From: a virus
DNA length: 64,000 nucleotides
Reading direction: 5' to 3' (one strand)
UHGV virus genome: UHGV-0210098
Shown: piece after piece, positions 1 to 10,700 of the stretch
Numbering within the stretch: the stretch's first letter is position 1
Layout of the letters: every line of letters begins with the position of its first letter
Program-made: the position numbers and the translations under genes
The notes under the pieces: generated by a model
Database searches by the model: none
Told to the model about the DNA's origin: nothing
The model's input: only the letters and a program-made list of their open reading frames with translations

Positions 1-80
1 GTGTGTACCAATGAAACAAAATGTTGTCCAAAATCCGCACCATTTTCGCAGGGCTGTTGTCCGCGTGTTGTCCACTCGTA
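1..80. repeat. Three direct copies of TGTTGTCC (22-29, 55-62, 66-73) immediately upstream of the integrase gene, candidate integrase arm-type or att-associated sites
   Basis: Read directly: atgTTGTCCaaaat ... gctgTTGTCCgcgtgTTGTCCactcg. Two copies are 11 bp apart (one helical turn). The position next to the integrase gene is typical for att-region arm sites. Confidence 0.3.
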
Positions 81-117
81 AAACTCTGATATACACAACA
101 AAAAGATATAATTTGAT

Positions 118-1605
118 ATGGCTACATTCAAAGCAGTGGTAAGACGGCCTCGCTCGGATGGCTTTTACTCGGTCTACATCCGTGTTACACACCGCCGTCA
201 GACCCTTTTCATCAAGACCGACAAGATGCTTACCAAACGTGAACTGACACGCAATGGCGAGATTTCGGACGCTTATGTCCTGCAATTCTGTACGCAGAAA
301 ATCCTCGAATACCAGGAGCGACTGAATCGGCACGACATATCGCAGTGGACAGGTGCTAAGGTTGTGGAGTTCCTCACTACCCCGGAGGAAGTCATGCCGT
401 TCTCGGACTATGCGAGGAAGCACATCGACCGCATGATTGACCGTGGGCAGGAGCGCAACGCCAAGAACTACTTGCTTGCCCTGCAACACATGGAGCGTTA
501 CTTTGGGACAACACAGGTGAAGTTCGCACAACTGACCTCGGTAAACGTGAACAAGTGGATTGCCACTCTCGAAAAGACAGCGAGAGCCAAGGAAATGTAC
601 CCGGTGTGCATCCGTCAGATATTCCGTGCAGCCATTGATGAACTGAACGACTACGACAACGGCATCATCATGGTAAAGACCAATCCGTGGGGAAAGGTGA
701 AGATACCTGCTGCAGACCGGCCAAACAAGAAAGCAATCACCGCTGAGGCTTGCCGGGAGTTCTTCTCGGCACCGCTGCCACCTACACGAATGATTGATCC
801 ATTGCCGGAGTTAGGCCGTGATGTGGCCATGATGTCCTTGTGCTTGGCCGGCATGAACACAATCGACATATTCAACCTGCGGAAACAGGACTACCACGGC
901 GGCATCATCCACTACAAGCGAGCCAAGACCACCAAGAGTAGAACCGATGAGGCTTACATCGAAATGCGAGTGCCGGAGGTCATAAAGCCACTGTTTGAGA
1001 AATACAAGGCCGGTGACCACACAGACCGCCTTTTCCGTTTCTGTGACCGCTTCTCAACATCTGACAGCTTTTGCGCCAACGCCAACACAGGCATCAAGCA
1101 AATATGCAAGTCTATGGGAATGCCCAAAGAAGAATGGTACTGCGTCTACACATTCCGGCATACATGGGCGACAACTGCTCAGAACGATTGCGGCGCAACT
1201 CTGGCCGAGGTAGGCTTTGCCATGAACCACTCCCACCGCTACACCGTGACACGCGGATATGTGCAGCTCGATTTCTCCCCGGCATGGAGGCTCAACGAAA
1301 AAGTGATTGACTTTATCCTGTTCAGTGATGCGACCTCGAGGCGCATGGAGCATGAACAGCAGGAGGACGAGGGATTGTTCCGCCTGTCGCCGAAGATGCT
1401 CATCCGCGCGGCGGCTTTCTTTCAAGGAAAATGCCTCGCCAACTTTGAGGACATCGGCTATTCCAACATCGAGGAGGTTACAAAGGCTCTTGTCGTTCAT
1501 TTCCATGCCGACATTCCAAACCGCTCAATGGTGCAGTTCAAAATCGTAAACTGCGACAACGGCAAGGTCTACATCTACGAACACCAAAAGGGCAAAGGGT
1601 TTTAA
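118..1605 (+). CDS. Tyrosine site-specific integrase, Bacteroidales phage or CTn type with an N-terminal arm-binding domain
   Basis: 495 aa ORF. The N-terminus MATFKAVVRRPRSDGFYSVYIRV is typical of Bacteroides integrase arm-DNA-binding domains. The C-terminal catalytic region carries R...HTWATT...H..R..Y (RHTWATTAQ, HSHRYTVTRGYV). Confidence 0.85.
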   Translation: MATFKAVVRRPRSDGFYSVYIRVTHRRQTLFIKTDKMLTKRELTRNGEISDAYVLQFCTQKILEYQERLNRHDISQWTGAKVVEFLTTPEEVMPFSDYARKHIDRMIDRGQERNAKNYLLALQHMERYFGTTQVKFAQLTSVNVNKWIATLEKTARAKEMYPVCIRQIFRAAIDELNDYDNGIIMVKTNPWGKVKIPAADRPNKKAITAEACREFFSAPLPPTRMIDPLPELGRDVAMMSLCLAGMNTIDIFNLRKQDYHGGIIHYKRAKTTKSRTDEAYIEMRVPEVIKPLFEKYKAGDHTDRLFRFCDRFSTSDSFCANANTGIKQICKSMGMPKEEWYCVYTFRHTWATTAQNDCGATLAEVGFAMNHSHRYTVTRGYVQLDFSPAWRLNEKVIDFILFSDATSRRMEHEQQEDEGLFRLSPKMLIRAAAFFQGKCLANFEDIGYSNIEEVTKALVVHFHADIPNRSMVQFKIVNCDNGKVYIYEHQKGKGF

Positions 1606-1705
1606 TGTAACTGACAATGTGTCAAGTCGAGCGAAACATTTGTCGGAGCTTCTTCCAAAATGTTTTCAATGTCCTTGTCGCATAGATTTTCCTCAACGAC
1701 AATGG

Positions 1706-1963
1706 TCACGGTTGTACGACCTCGCAGTGCTGCTTTTGCCAAATTGCGAAGTTGTGTAACACTGAATGGCATTGACGGTACTTTAACCGCGCGCTACCGG
1801 CCTCAAGCAATTCTGAGATTTTGTTTTTATTCATCGCGATATAATTTTGAAATTTCAACGGCAAAGGTAAGCCACGTTCTCGGCTTTTTAACTTTGTCTT
1901 TTGAGCCTCGTCATATCTGGCGTGGCTCTTTCTTTTTGCGACGGGCTTTTTTTCCTTCTCCAC
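1706..1963 (-). CDS. Hypothetical small protein (85 aa) between the integrase and the iteron array, possibly an excisionase-like DNA-binding protein
   Basis: ORF only. It is basic and lysine-rich. Its position next to int is where Xis-like genes commonly lie. No motif was recognised. Confidence 0.2.
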   Translation of the reverse strand: MEKEKKPVAKRKSHARYDEAQKTKLKSRERGLPLPLKFQNYIAMNKNKISELLEAGSARLKYRQCHSVLHNFAIWQKQHCEVVQP

Positions 1964-2099
1964 TACTTGCCAAAAGGCGAAGCCTCAAAAAAGAAAATTC
2001 TCCCTCGCGTGTGTGTGTACGCGCGCGCTTCGTCGCAGAGTAATAAATTTATTTATTACGATATATTTTATTTTTAGAAATACGTTAGTATTTCTTTTT

Positions 2100-2485
2100 A
2101 TCAAAAGAAAGGTTTCGGAAGAAATGTCATTTTCTTCGGAAGTTTGGGTAAGAAATAGCGATAACTTCCGAAAGAATGGCAATAACTTCGGAAGAAATAG
2201 GCATAACTTCGGAAGTTATTGCAATAAATGGGGAAGGAATTTTGCTCCAAAAACACCCGAAAAGTGCCATTTTTGAGGGGTATTTTGCCCCACTATTTTT
2301 CATGTTTTTCAAGTAAAATTTCAAAAGGGGAATTTATGCCCATTATTTCGGAAGAAATGGGAATAACTTCGGAAGAAATACCCTTTTCTTCGGAAGAAAT
2401 AATAATTATTGGGAAAGAATACCTCCAAACTTCGGAAGAAATACCCATTATTGGGGAAGAAATAGGTATAAATGGGGAAACAATT
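2100..2485. repeat. Iteron-like array: about 13 degenerate copies of a 21-22 bp unit (core AACTTCGGAAGAAATAG) in two clusters (about 2105-2240 and 2340-2480), with one inverted copy (cttccgaaag at 2165)
   Basis: Read directly: ttcggaagaaat recurs at 2114, 2144, 2185, 2207, 2347, 2366, 2388 and 2430, with gggaa(g/a)gaat variants at 2230, 2411, 2453 and 2472. The 21-22 bp period is two helical turns. The array lies in a 945 bp non-coding gap between int and divergent genes. Confidence 0.7.
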
Positions 2486-2551
2486 CCGGGAATGAAAAAG
2501 CCGAGCGAAATGCCCGGCTGTTGGTCTAAATGTAGAAGAAAATAGACGGCG

Positions 2552-2962
2552 TTAGTTGTCGTTTTCGGCGGCGAGTTGTTTCAGTCGCTCCTCTATTGTG
2601 GTGGTGACATCGCCCGATACCGACACCTCGGCGGATACAGACTGCATCTGCGGCGTGTGGTAACGTAGCAGCTTCTCCTGTATGGCCGCTCTGTCTTTGG
2701 CTTCCATCTGCATCATGTCGATTTCAAAATCAGAAATGATGAGCGGTTTGCCGTCCGGGTCGCTCAACGTAACGGTATTGTAGAGATTTCCGTCCTTGTC
2801 GCGAAATTCCAACGTGCGAGGGCTTCCGTCTATATTAGTCTGTGGCTTCGCCTCAAAGTATGACATAGACTGAGCGCGAAGATGCTCCTTGAGCGGATTG
2901 GGTTTGTTTGGAGTGCCTTTTTGTCGGCCTCCTGTTTTTCGTCCTTGTGCCATGTAATCCAA
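2552..2962 (-). CDS. Hypothetical protein (136 aa) with a basic N-terminal GRKTGGRQKGTPNK motif
   Basis: Clean ORF divergent from the virion gene block. The AT-hook-like basic N-terminus suggests DNA binding. No catalytic motif is visible. Confidence 0.5.
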   Translation of the reverse strand: MDYMAQGRKTGGRQKGTPNKPNPLKEHLRAQSMSYFEAKPQTNIDGSPRTLEFRDKDGNLYNTVTLSDPDGKPLIISDFEIDMMQMEAKDRAAIQEKLLRYHTPQMQSVSAEVSVSGDVTTTIEERLKQLAAENDN

Positions 2963-2969
2963 AAGTTAA

Positions 2970-2991
2970 AGATGTGATGCAAAGGTAGGTG
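2970..2991. promoter_or_regulatory. Perfect 8 bp inverted repeat CAAAGGTA-N6-TACCTTTG in a divergent intergenic region, a candidate operator
   Basis: Read directly at 2970-2977 and 2984-2991. It sits between the start of the minus gene 2552..2962 and the start of the plus gene at 3036. Confidence 0.35.
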
Positions 2992-3035
2992 TTTACCTTT
3001 GCTCAATAATTATAACTTTTTAATCACATCAAGAC

Positions 3036-3533
3036 ATGGGCATATTAGGCAGTGCAATAGGTGGCGCATTGGGCATCGGAGGAAGCATCTTCGGTGGCAT
3101 CAGTGCTTCAAAGGCGATGAAGAAAGCCAAGAGGATTGTTGAAGGAGAGATGAAAGACAATCAGAATTGGTATGACCGCCGCTATAACGAGGACGCTACA
3201 CAACGTGCAGACGCACAACGCATCCTCACAATGACAAATGACAATATCCGGCAACGAAACCAACAGGCAGCAGGAGCGCAAGCCGTTATGGGAGGCACGG
3301 ATGAGAGTGTGGCAGCGACAAAAGCGGCAAATAATCAAGCAATTGCTGATGCTACATCGCAAATTGCTGTCAATGGTGAACGCCGCAAAGACCAAATCGA
3401 AAGTCAATATATGCAGACGAAGTCCGACCTCAACGAGAAACTGAGAAACATTGAGATAGGTAAAGCAAATGCCGTCAGTCAAGCAGTGCAAGGTGTCGCA
3501 CAGGCAGGTTCTAACATGGCAGGATTATTCTAA
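3036..3533 (+). CDS. Hypothetical protein (165 aa) with a glycine-rich hydrophobic N-terminus, possibly a membrane or virion-internal protein
   Basis: The N-terminus MGILGSAIGGALGIGGSIFGGISAS is a glycine-zipper-like transmembrane segment. The rest is Q/A-rich and coiled-coil-like. Confidence 0.5.
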   Translation: MGILGSAIGGALGIGGSIFGGISASKAMKKAKRIVEGEMKDNQNWYDRRYNEDATQRADAQRILTMTNDNIRQRNQQAAGAQAVMGGTDESVAATKAANNQAIADATSQIAVNGERRKDQIESQYMQTKSDLNEKLRNIEIGKANAVSQAVQGVAQAGSNMAGLF

Positions 3534-3546
3534 AACATTACACACA

Positions 3547-4758
3547 ATGATAGATCCAAATAAACCAATCATAGATCCACGGACAACAGTCGTAGACGGA
3601 ACTACACCGCCTACTACTGTTACTCCTACAGGTGGAACTACTCCACCGGCCACAACACCCGACAATGTTGTGCGCAGGGACGATACGCAGCCGGTTGTTC
3701 CAAGTGGAGGCTCGACAACGACCACAACAAAGACAACCACTTCTGTCCCTATATCCACCTCCATACCTGCTGAATATACCGCGAGTAGTTATGAAGAACT
3801 TATACCGCAGCTTGAAAAACGTATGGCCGAGTATAAGCCGTTGTCTGAGGAGGAACTGAAAAAGTTACGCCGCAGACAAAAGGCCGAGGGCATTATCAGC
3901 GGCATATCTGACGCTGTTCAATCAGTTGCAAACCTTGTCTTTACCCACAACTATGCACCTAACATGTACAACCCCAAAGAGGGTATGTCAGCCAAGACAA
4001 AAGAACGGTTTGACAAAGAAAAAGCGCAACGAGAGGCTGACGCAGACAAATACCTCAACTATGCGCTTACAATCGGCAAGATGAAAGATGCCGACAAACA
4101 GAGAGGATTACAGGCATGGCAGACAGAACAGACCCTTGCCCGACAAGACCGCGCATTTGACGCAGGTAGAAAAGACCGTGAAGATGATGTCGCATTCCGC
4201 AACAAGGACTATGACGAGCGTGTTCGTCAGTGGCAAGCCAACTTCGACCGTCAAGGTGAATGGCACAAGGAAGAGGGTCAGCGTTGGGAGCGTCAGTTTA
4301 AGGAGAGCGTTCGTCAGTTCAATGTAAGTTCTTCACTTGAACGGCAACGCATCAACATCGCAGCTCAACAAGCCGCCCACGCCATGCAGCAGGGTCAGAT
4401 GACATTCAATCTCGGCTCCGGCAATGGCAATGTTACTCTGACTATGGACAAACTCAATGCGGAGACCGTTTCGCGCATCTTTCACACGCTTCCTGAAAGT
4501 GCATTATATGAAAATGTAGAAATTAAAGATAAAGACGGCAATGTCACAGGGTACAGAAAAGAACCTAAGGTCAAGGGCGACCCGATTGTGCGGGATGGCT
4601 TTATCGTTGGCCACAAAGAGCCGACAACAGAGGCCATGCTTATAGCCATCGGTGCAAATGTGGAAAATTCTCCTGCGACACAGAAGGCAATCAGGCAGGT
4701 TGCAGGTTTGGAGAAAGGCGACAAAACGGGAGATAATACAATGCCAGGAGTAAAGTAA
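3547..4758 (+). CDS. Hypothetical protein (about 403 aa) with a Thr/Pro-rich linker and a charged helical region
   Basis: The start was reassigned to the ATG at 3547, just after the stop of the preceding gene. The ORF-track start at 3469 overlaps gene 3036..3533. The product has a TTPPTTVTPTGGTTPPATTP linker and RQ/E-rich repeats. Confidence 0.5.
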   Translation: MIDPNKPIIDPRTTVVDGTTPPTTVTPTGGTTPPATTPDNVVRRDDTQPVVPSGGSTTTTTKTTTSVPISTSIPAEYTASSYEELIPQLEKRMAEYKPLSEEELKKLRRRQKAEGIISGISDAVQSVANLVFTHNYAPNMYNPKEGMSAKTKERFDKEKAQREADADKYLNYALTIGKMKDADKQRGLQAWQTEQTLARQDRAFDAGRKDREDDVAFRNKDYDERVRQWQANFDRQGEWHKEEGQRWERQFKESVRQFNVSSSLERQRINIAAQQAAHAMQQGQMTFNLGSGNGNVTLTMDKLNAETVSRIFHTLPESALYENVEIKDKDGNVTGYRKEPKVKGDPIVRDGFIVGHKEPTTEAMLIAIGANVENSPATQKAIRQVAGLEKGDKTGDNTMPGVK

Positions 4759-4769
4759 AAGACAAGATT

Positions 4770-7700
4770 ATGACGAACCCTATAAATGAAAGTACAAAGT
4801 GGCTTTACGGAAAACTCACAGGATTAGGTTATAATGTGGGCAAGGATGTCAATGAGTTTGACAACCTTATACGCACAAATGCAGAATCGCGCCAATGGGC
4901 GTATGATACGGCAAGGAAGAACGGTCTCAACGTGGGCAAAGATATGGACGAGTTTTCCTCGCTGGTTGGTGGTACAGTTGCCCCTCCTGCCACTGCGCAA
5001 GCGCAACCACAACAGACACCGGCCACAGCCTCAACCGTGAAACCGATAACTGATAATACCGCACAGCAAGCAACCGTACAACCTGCACAGGCACAAGGTC
5101 AGAAACTCACTCCCATGCAGCAAATGGGCTTTCAGATGCAGATTGACGGCATGAACGCTCGCATGAAGCAGCAGAAAGAGCAGTTTGACCAACGCATGGA
5201 GGGCATAAAGAAAGGTAATAAGCCCGGTGCATTCATGGGCGAGCGTGAGTTCAACCCGACAACCGGCAAGATGGAAACCAACTACTACACTACGCAGGGT
5301 GAACGTGTTGGCTCTATGTTTGAACAGAGCCAACGCAACACAGAATACAATCAGTGGTGGGAAAACAACACCGAGGACGGAAAACGGCACAAGGAACAGA
5401 GGCTGCAACGCGAGTTTGACGAGCGTTTGGCCACTCTATGGCAGCGTCATAACCCAACAGAGGGAGAAAACGCAGCAGAACAGGCATGGTCAGCAGCAGA
5501 GGCACGGCAGAAGGAGGCGGCGAACCGCATCGCGAGTGAGATTTACAGAGACCGAGGCGACGTCATGAGTAATGCCGCATTTCTTGGTGGACACGAGAAC
5601 CACATCATGAATGCGGCAATGAACACCCACCGTAAACAAGTGGCTCACTACACCAACTTCGACCTCGACCGTCTGATGAATGACTCGTGGGACAATCTTG
5701 GAGAGGCAGGACAGAAAGCACTTATTGACGACTGTTATAAGATGCTCCGCTACCGCAATCCGGGATTGGATGAACTTGTGTTGTATAATCAAGCCAAACA
5801 GTTTGCTCGTCAGCAGTCAGACCTCAGACTTTATAACCTTGCTGTTGAGAAAAACCTGCCCAAGGGTAATCTTGAGTATCTCATGCGCAAGATTGGCGAC
5901 ATGAATATGATTGCCAATATATCCAAAGGTATTGCAGTATCATCTGCCAACGGAAAGACCGGCGACATGGCCGCATACGAAGCCGCCAACGAACAATACA
6001 GACAGGACGGCCACAAGATACTTGATGTAACCGGCACCGTTGCCGGATTTGCCCTCGACCCCACTACATGGCTGTCGGCAGGTGTCGGCAGTGCCGCAAC
6101 AAAGGGCGCGATGTGGGCAGGTGGCCGTTATCTCGCAGGACGAGGAGCAACAGCAGCAGTTACCAATGCCGCCACTCGTCAATTTGCCACCTCCATGACC
6201 GGGCGCATTGTCGGTGGTGTGGTCGGCGGTGCTGCCAACTTCGGCACATTTGAAGGTGTCAAGGAAATGGAAAACCAATTTGCCCACGGTGGCCATGTCG
6301 TAGGACAGGACGAAACCGGCAAATACATCAACGAGGGATATTCCGCCGGGGCAGTGGCCGGGCAGTTTGGTCATGGTCTGTTGATGGGTGGTGCCATTGG
6401 TTGGCTTGGCCCCGTGTCGGGCAATGTTTCCGACAAACTCGTCAGAGGAACATCAAGCACAGTTGGCAAGGTTGCTACTCGCGCAGGTGTCTATACAGGC
6501 GCAACTATGGCCGAGGGTACAATCTTCTCCGTTCCCGAATGGATAGAGGGCGACCGTGACGGCTTTGACGTGTGGACTGACAACATGGCCATGATGGTAG
6601 GTTTCAAGGCCAAACACATATTAAAGAGTGCCGGTGGTGTTCTCGGCGACCTCAAAGCATCATTTGACAGCCCTGCCAACGGAGCAAAGAACCGCCTCGA
6701 CTTTGAGAGTAGACTGCGTATGCGCATGGATACTCCTTCAGACGGCGGCATGGCACTGACAAAGGACGAGGAGGCCGAACTGAAGCGTTATGGTTACGAC
6801 CTGCGCGACCTTGTGGAGAGTGCCGAGCGCACCGGCGATGCTTCCGAGGGAAACATCATTGCAAAGGACGCCCCCGAAATCGTTAGCCGACTGACAGACA
6901 TGGTAACAGACCCACGTGTCAGTGAGGCAGCGAGAGCCAAGATGTATTACTATGCCACTGGCCGCAAACTTCCGATGTCCACCATTATGAAAGGTGAACT
7001 CTATGAGGACGGAAAGGGAGGATTTATCGTGGAGTCGCAGGGTGCAAATGGCGTGATAACCTCTCGCTCATTCAAGAACCGCAAGGAGGCCGACCTTGAA
7101 TTGCAGCGCATCAACCGTCAGACCGAACTCAACAGCATAGAAATTGGCGAGCGTTATCAGCAGACAACCGACTTCGAAAACCGTTTACAGGAGGCTTGCC
7201 GCACCGTTGCATCTGAAAACGGTTGGGACATGGTGGAGGTTTACCGTACCTGCGAAGAAGCACGGCGGAATTACCTCCGTGGCGGCGACAAGCAATTTGA
7301 CGAGGCACAGCAGAACATCCTCCGCAAGGTAACGGATGCAATGGGCGAATTTGAGGAAACCGGCGCAACCGATGCCATGCGTGGCCGCATCAACGAGAAA
7401 TACGGCGTGGATATTGACGCAGCAATCCGTAAGGAGGCCAACCGCCGCACACAGGCCGAGCAGACTGCCATAGACGAGTATATAGATGAACTTATCCCCG
7501 ACAAAGCAAAAGACCGTCCTGTTGAGGATGCAGATGTTGAGGACATCACCAATCAGAAGAGTTTGCCCGGCGGCGAGGAAACTTTTGATGATGAATTTGG
7601 TAACGAACCTATCGACCCTCGCTTTGACGGTGGAGAGGTTGCGCTCGACTACGACCCTCATCAGCCCGGTGGTGAGCAGAAACCCATTGGCCGTGCCGTC

Positions 7701-10700
7701 ATGAAATACAAAGACCGTCCTGTCGAGGTATTGAGTGGCCGTGTTGTGATGATGGAGGACGGCACCATGATTGACAATGAACGCAGCGATAACTCTATTG
7801 TCATTCGCGACCTCGCCACCGGTGAGATTGAAATGGTTTCACCCGAAGCCATTCTTTCATACGAAGAATATGCAGCCTCTGTTGATGAGGCTGAAACGAC
7901 ATCAGAGCAAGGTAAAGCACCCGAAGCATCTGTCGAGGAGCAATCCAAATACACCTCCGGCCAAATCAAGATACGAAACTCTGATGGCACCGAAACGCGC
8001 GGTGTCCTTACAGGCTATGTAGATGAGGACGGCAAACATGAGTATTATGTTGAGGGCGACCTGCAACATCTTCACTATGCTTCAGAGTTTGAACTCGACA
8101 ACATTCTTTCAGACTATCAGCCGGACGCGCCGCAAGAACCCATCACGCCGAAAGACAGTCAAGGCAACGACCTTTCCGTAGGTGATGAGATAGTTCTGTC
8201 AGCCGGTCGCACAGGCATAGTCAGCGACATACAGCCCAACGGTGCTGTAACAGTAGACCACAACGGCGAGAGTGTGACCTATAATGAACAATTCGGCGAC
8301 ATTACTGCCACTGGGTTGCGCAAGGTTACGCCTACTCCTGTTGCAGAAGAAGTACCGACCACCGTTCCAGAAACCGCAGAAAGTGTTCCCACAACAGCGG
8401 AAACAACCGAAAATCCGTCTGTACCTGTTCCCAATTCTTCTGAAAATGGTAACAATGGCGGTGTAATTATTCCAACTGATGGCAACATTGGTGCGGAGAA
8501 TATTCCTGTCCCTGCGGCAGCACCTCAGAGTGAGGTGGCACAACCACAAGCAGTAGAGCCTACACCATTGCAGCGTATTCCTCGTGATGAAAAGGGAGAA
8601 CCTATCTTTGAACAGGCAGACAGCCCCGAAACCGCGTGGGATGCCCTTGTGGAGTTTAGCGAGGGTGATGCTGCCACGGCCAAAGAAATTGCAGATACTA
8701 TGGCCGAGGAGAAGCGCAAAGCATTTGAAAAGGCACAGAAGCAGAAACCTAAAGGCAAGACCCCGACAGAAATCCTTGCATCGAAGAAAACCAACTCTGC
8801 CGAACTCGCAAAGGCAGAGAGTGAGTATCTCCATTGGCAAAAGATGGCAAATGTAGAACAGAGCCGTCAGAACGCAATCCGCTCACAGCAGGAGGCCGAG
8901 GCTCGCCAACGTGCCGCTGAACGTGCAGAGGCAGAAAAGGCAGAACGTGAGGCACGAGAAGAAGCGGCAAGACTTGAGCGTGAAGCATTGGAGGGTATTC
9001 CCGAGTGGCACATGGACACTCCCGAGAATGCCCGAAAGCGTGGTGCGCGCCGTTATGGCGGTCAGATGTTCACTCGTCAAGAGCCTGTTCAGAATGTGCC
9101 TGGTAAAGAGGTTGAGGTCAAATTCTCACAGAAAGACCTCCCGAAAGGCCGTGTCGCTGTCATTGAGGCTGAGCAGTTGCAGCCCTCACACACACAGGGA
9201 CAGCGCAATCCTATGTTCTTTATAGAGGAGGCACAGCCCAAGAACCGTTCCGAGGCCGTTTCCATGAACGCTGCAAGAGATATGGCCGAGGGCATCCGTC
9301 CGCAGGAAATCACCGGCAGCGCAACAGCGTACACAGGCGCGCCCACTGTGAACACTCGCGGCGAGGTCATTCAAGGCAACAACCGTTCAGATGCACTCCG
9401 TTACCTTTGGCAGAACAATTTGCCGGAGCAACAGCAGACCTACAAGCAATATCTTCTCGACAATGCCGAGCAGTTAGGACTTGACACTGATGCCGTTGGT
9501 GCCATGCAGCACCCTGTCCTTGTCAATATGCTTGATGTGGACGATGCAGATGCCATACGTTTAGGACAAATGACCGCACAGGACACCGAGAGTGGAGGCA
9601 TTGAACGTATCAAGCCCAAGAATGTAGCGCAGAAACTTGGTGAAGGTATGCGCTCCTTTGCCACTCGTCTACTCAGCAGCGGCGATGATGAGGCCACCTT
9701 TGGGCAGCTCGTAGACCGTAACGGAACAGAGGTGTTGAAGTGGATGAACCATGTAGGTGCAATCAGCAACACTCAATTTCAGTCCGCTTTTGACAGCAAG
9801 GGCAGTCTTACGGCAGAAGCCAAGAACGACTTGCAGAAAGTCCTCTATCAAGCCGTATTCAAGGGAGGTTCACAGCAGTTGGAAGAAATGTTTGACCGGC
9901 TCCCGGCCAAAGCACAACGCGCAATCCTCTCCACCGCGTTCCGCGATATGGACTCTCCTTTTGCCGGGAAGATGCTCCCCGAGATACAATCATCTATCAT
10001 TGCCTATAATGAGTTGATGCAAGACCCGGCATTTGAGTCTGCAAAGAACTTGGAGGAAGCATTGAGGACAGTTGAGGCGTTCAAGCGTCAGATTTCTCTT
10101 GATGATAGGTTTGAACAGTATATGCCGGCCGATAATTTCAGTAACTTTGCACTGCAATTGGCGGCAATGTATAAGGCGAGCGATATGTCGCAGACCACTA
10201 TCGCATCCTATTTCAATCAGATGTACGACCTTGCACAAGGCAAAAAGGCCGCTACTCTCTTTGAGGAAGCCGACACAACGGAATATCCTCTTGCCGAGGT
10301 TATCAAACAAGTATTAGGAATAGATTATGAACCTGCAAAGAATGGAAACAACAATGTCACAGATGGAGGTGCTAATGTGGCTCTCCGTAATCAAGTCGGC
10401 CAAGGAGGGGAACTCCGAGGCAATGAACCACCTGCAAACGGAGAACAAACTCCGACAGGAACAGAACCGTCCGAGCGTGGAGCAGGAACTTCAGACAATA
10501 GCATTGAAGGAGGACGAGATACCAATGTCAACGGAGGAACAGTTGATGTTGAAGCAAATGGAGGATTGGCAGATGAAATAACTCCTGCTATCGGTCCATT
10601 TGGGGAAATATATACACAATTCAAAGGAAAATCCCAAGAGGCAATAGCCTATTTGCTTGACAAGAAAAGTGGTGAAGCAGTCGGCGCACTCCACCATAAA

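Noticed and set aside
1660-2043. 127 aa plus-strand ORF after the integrase
   Set aside because: It overlaps the more plausible minus-strand small ORF and runs into the non-coding repeat region. There is no motif or coupling support.
2100-2485. CRISPR array
   Set aside because: The repeats are degenerate and their unique intervals are 6-7 bp, not spacer-sized, so the array is iteron-type. No cas genes are present.
2013-2545. ORFs 2013..2276, 2127..2324(-) and 2228..2545 in the ORF track
   Set aside because: They lie entirely within the tandem repeat array. Their repetitive peptide sequences (SEE..., FGRN...) are translation artefacts of the iterons.
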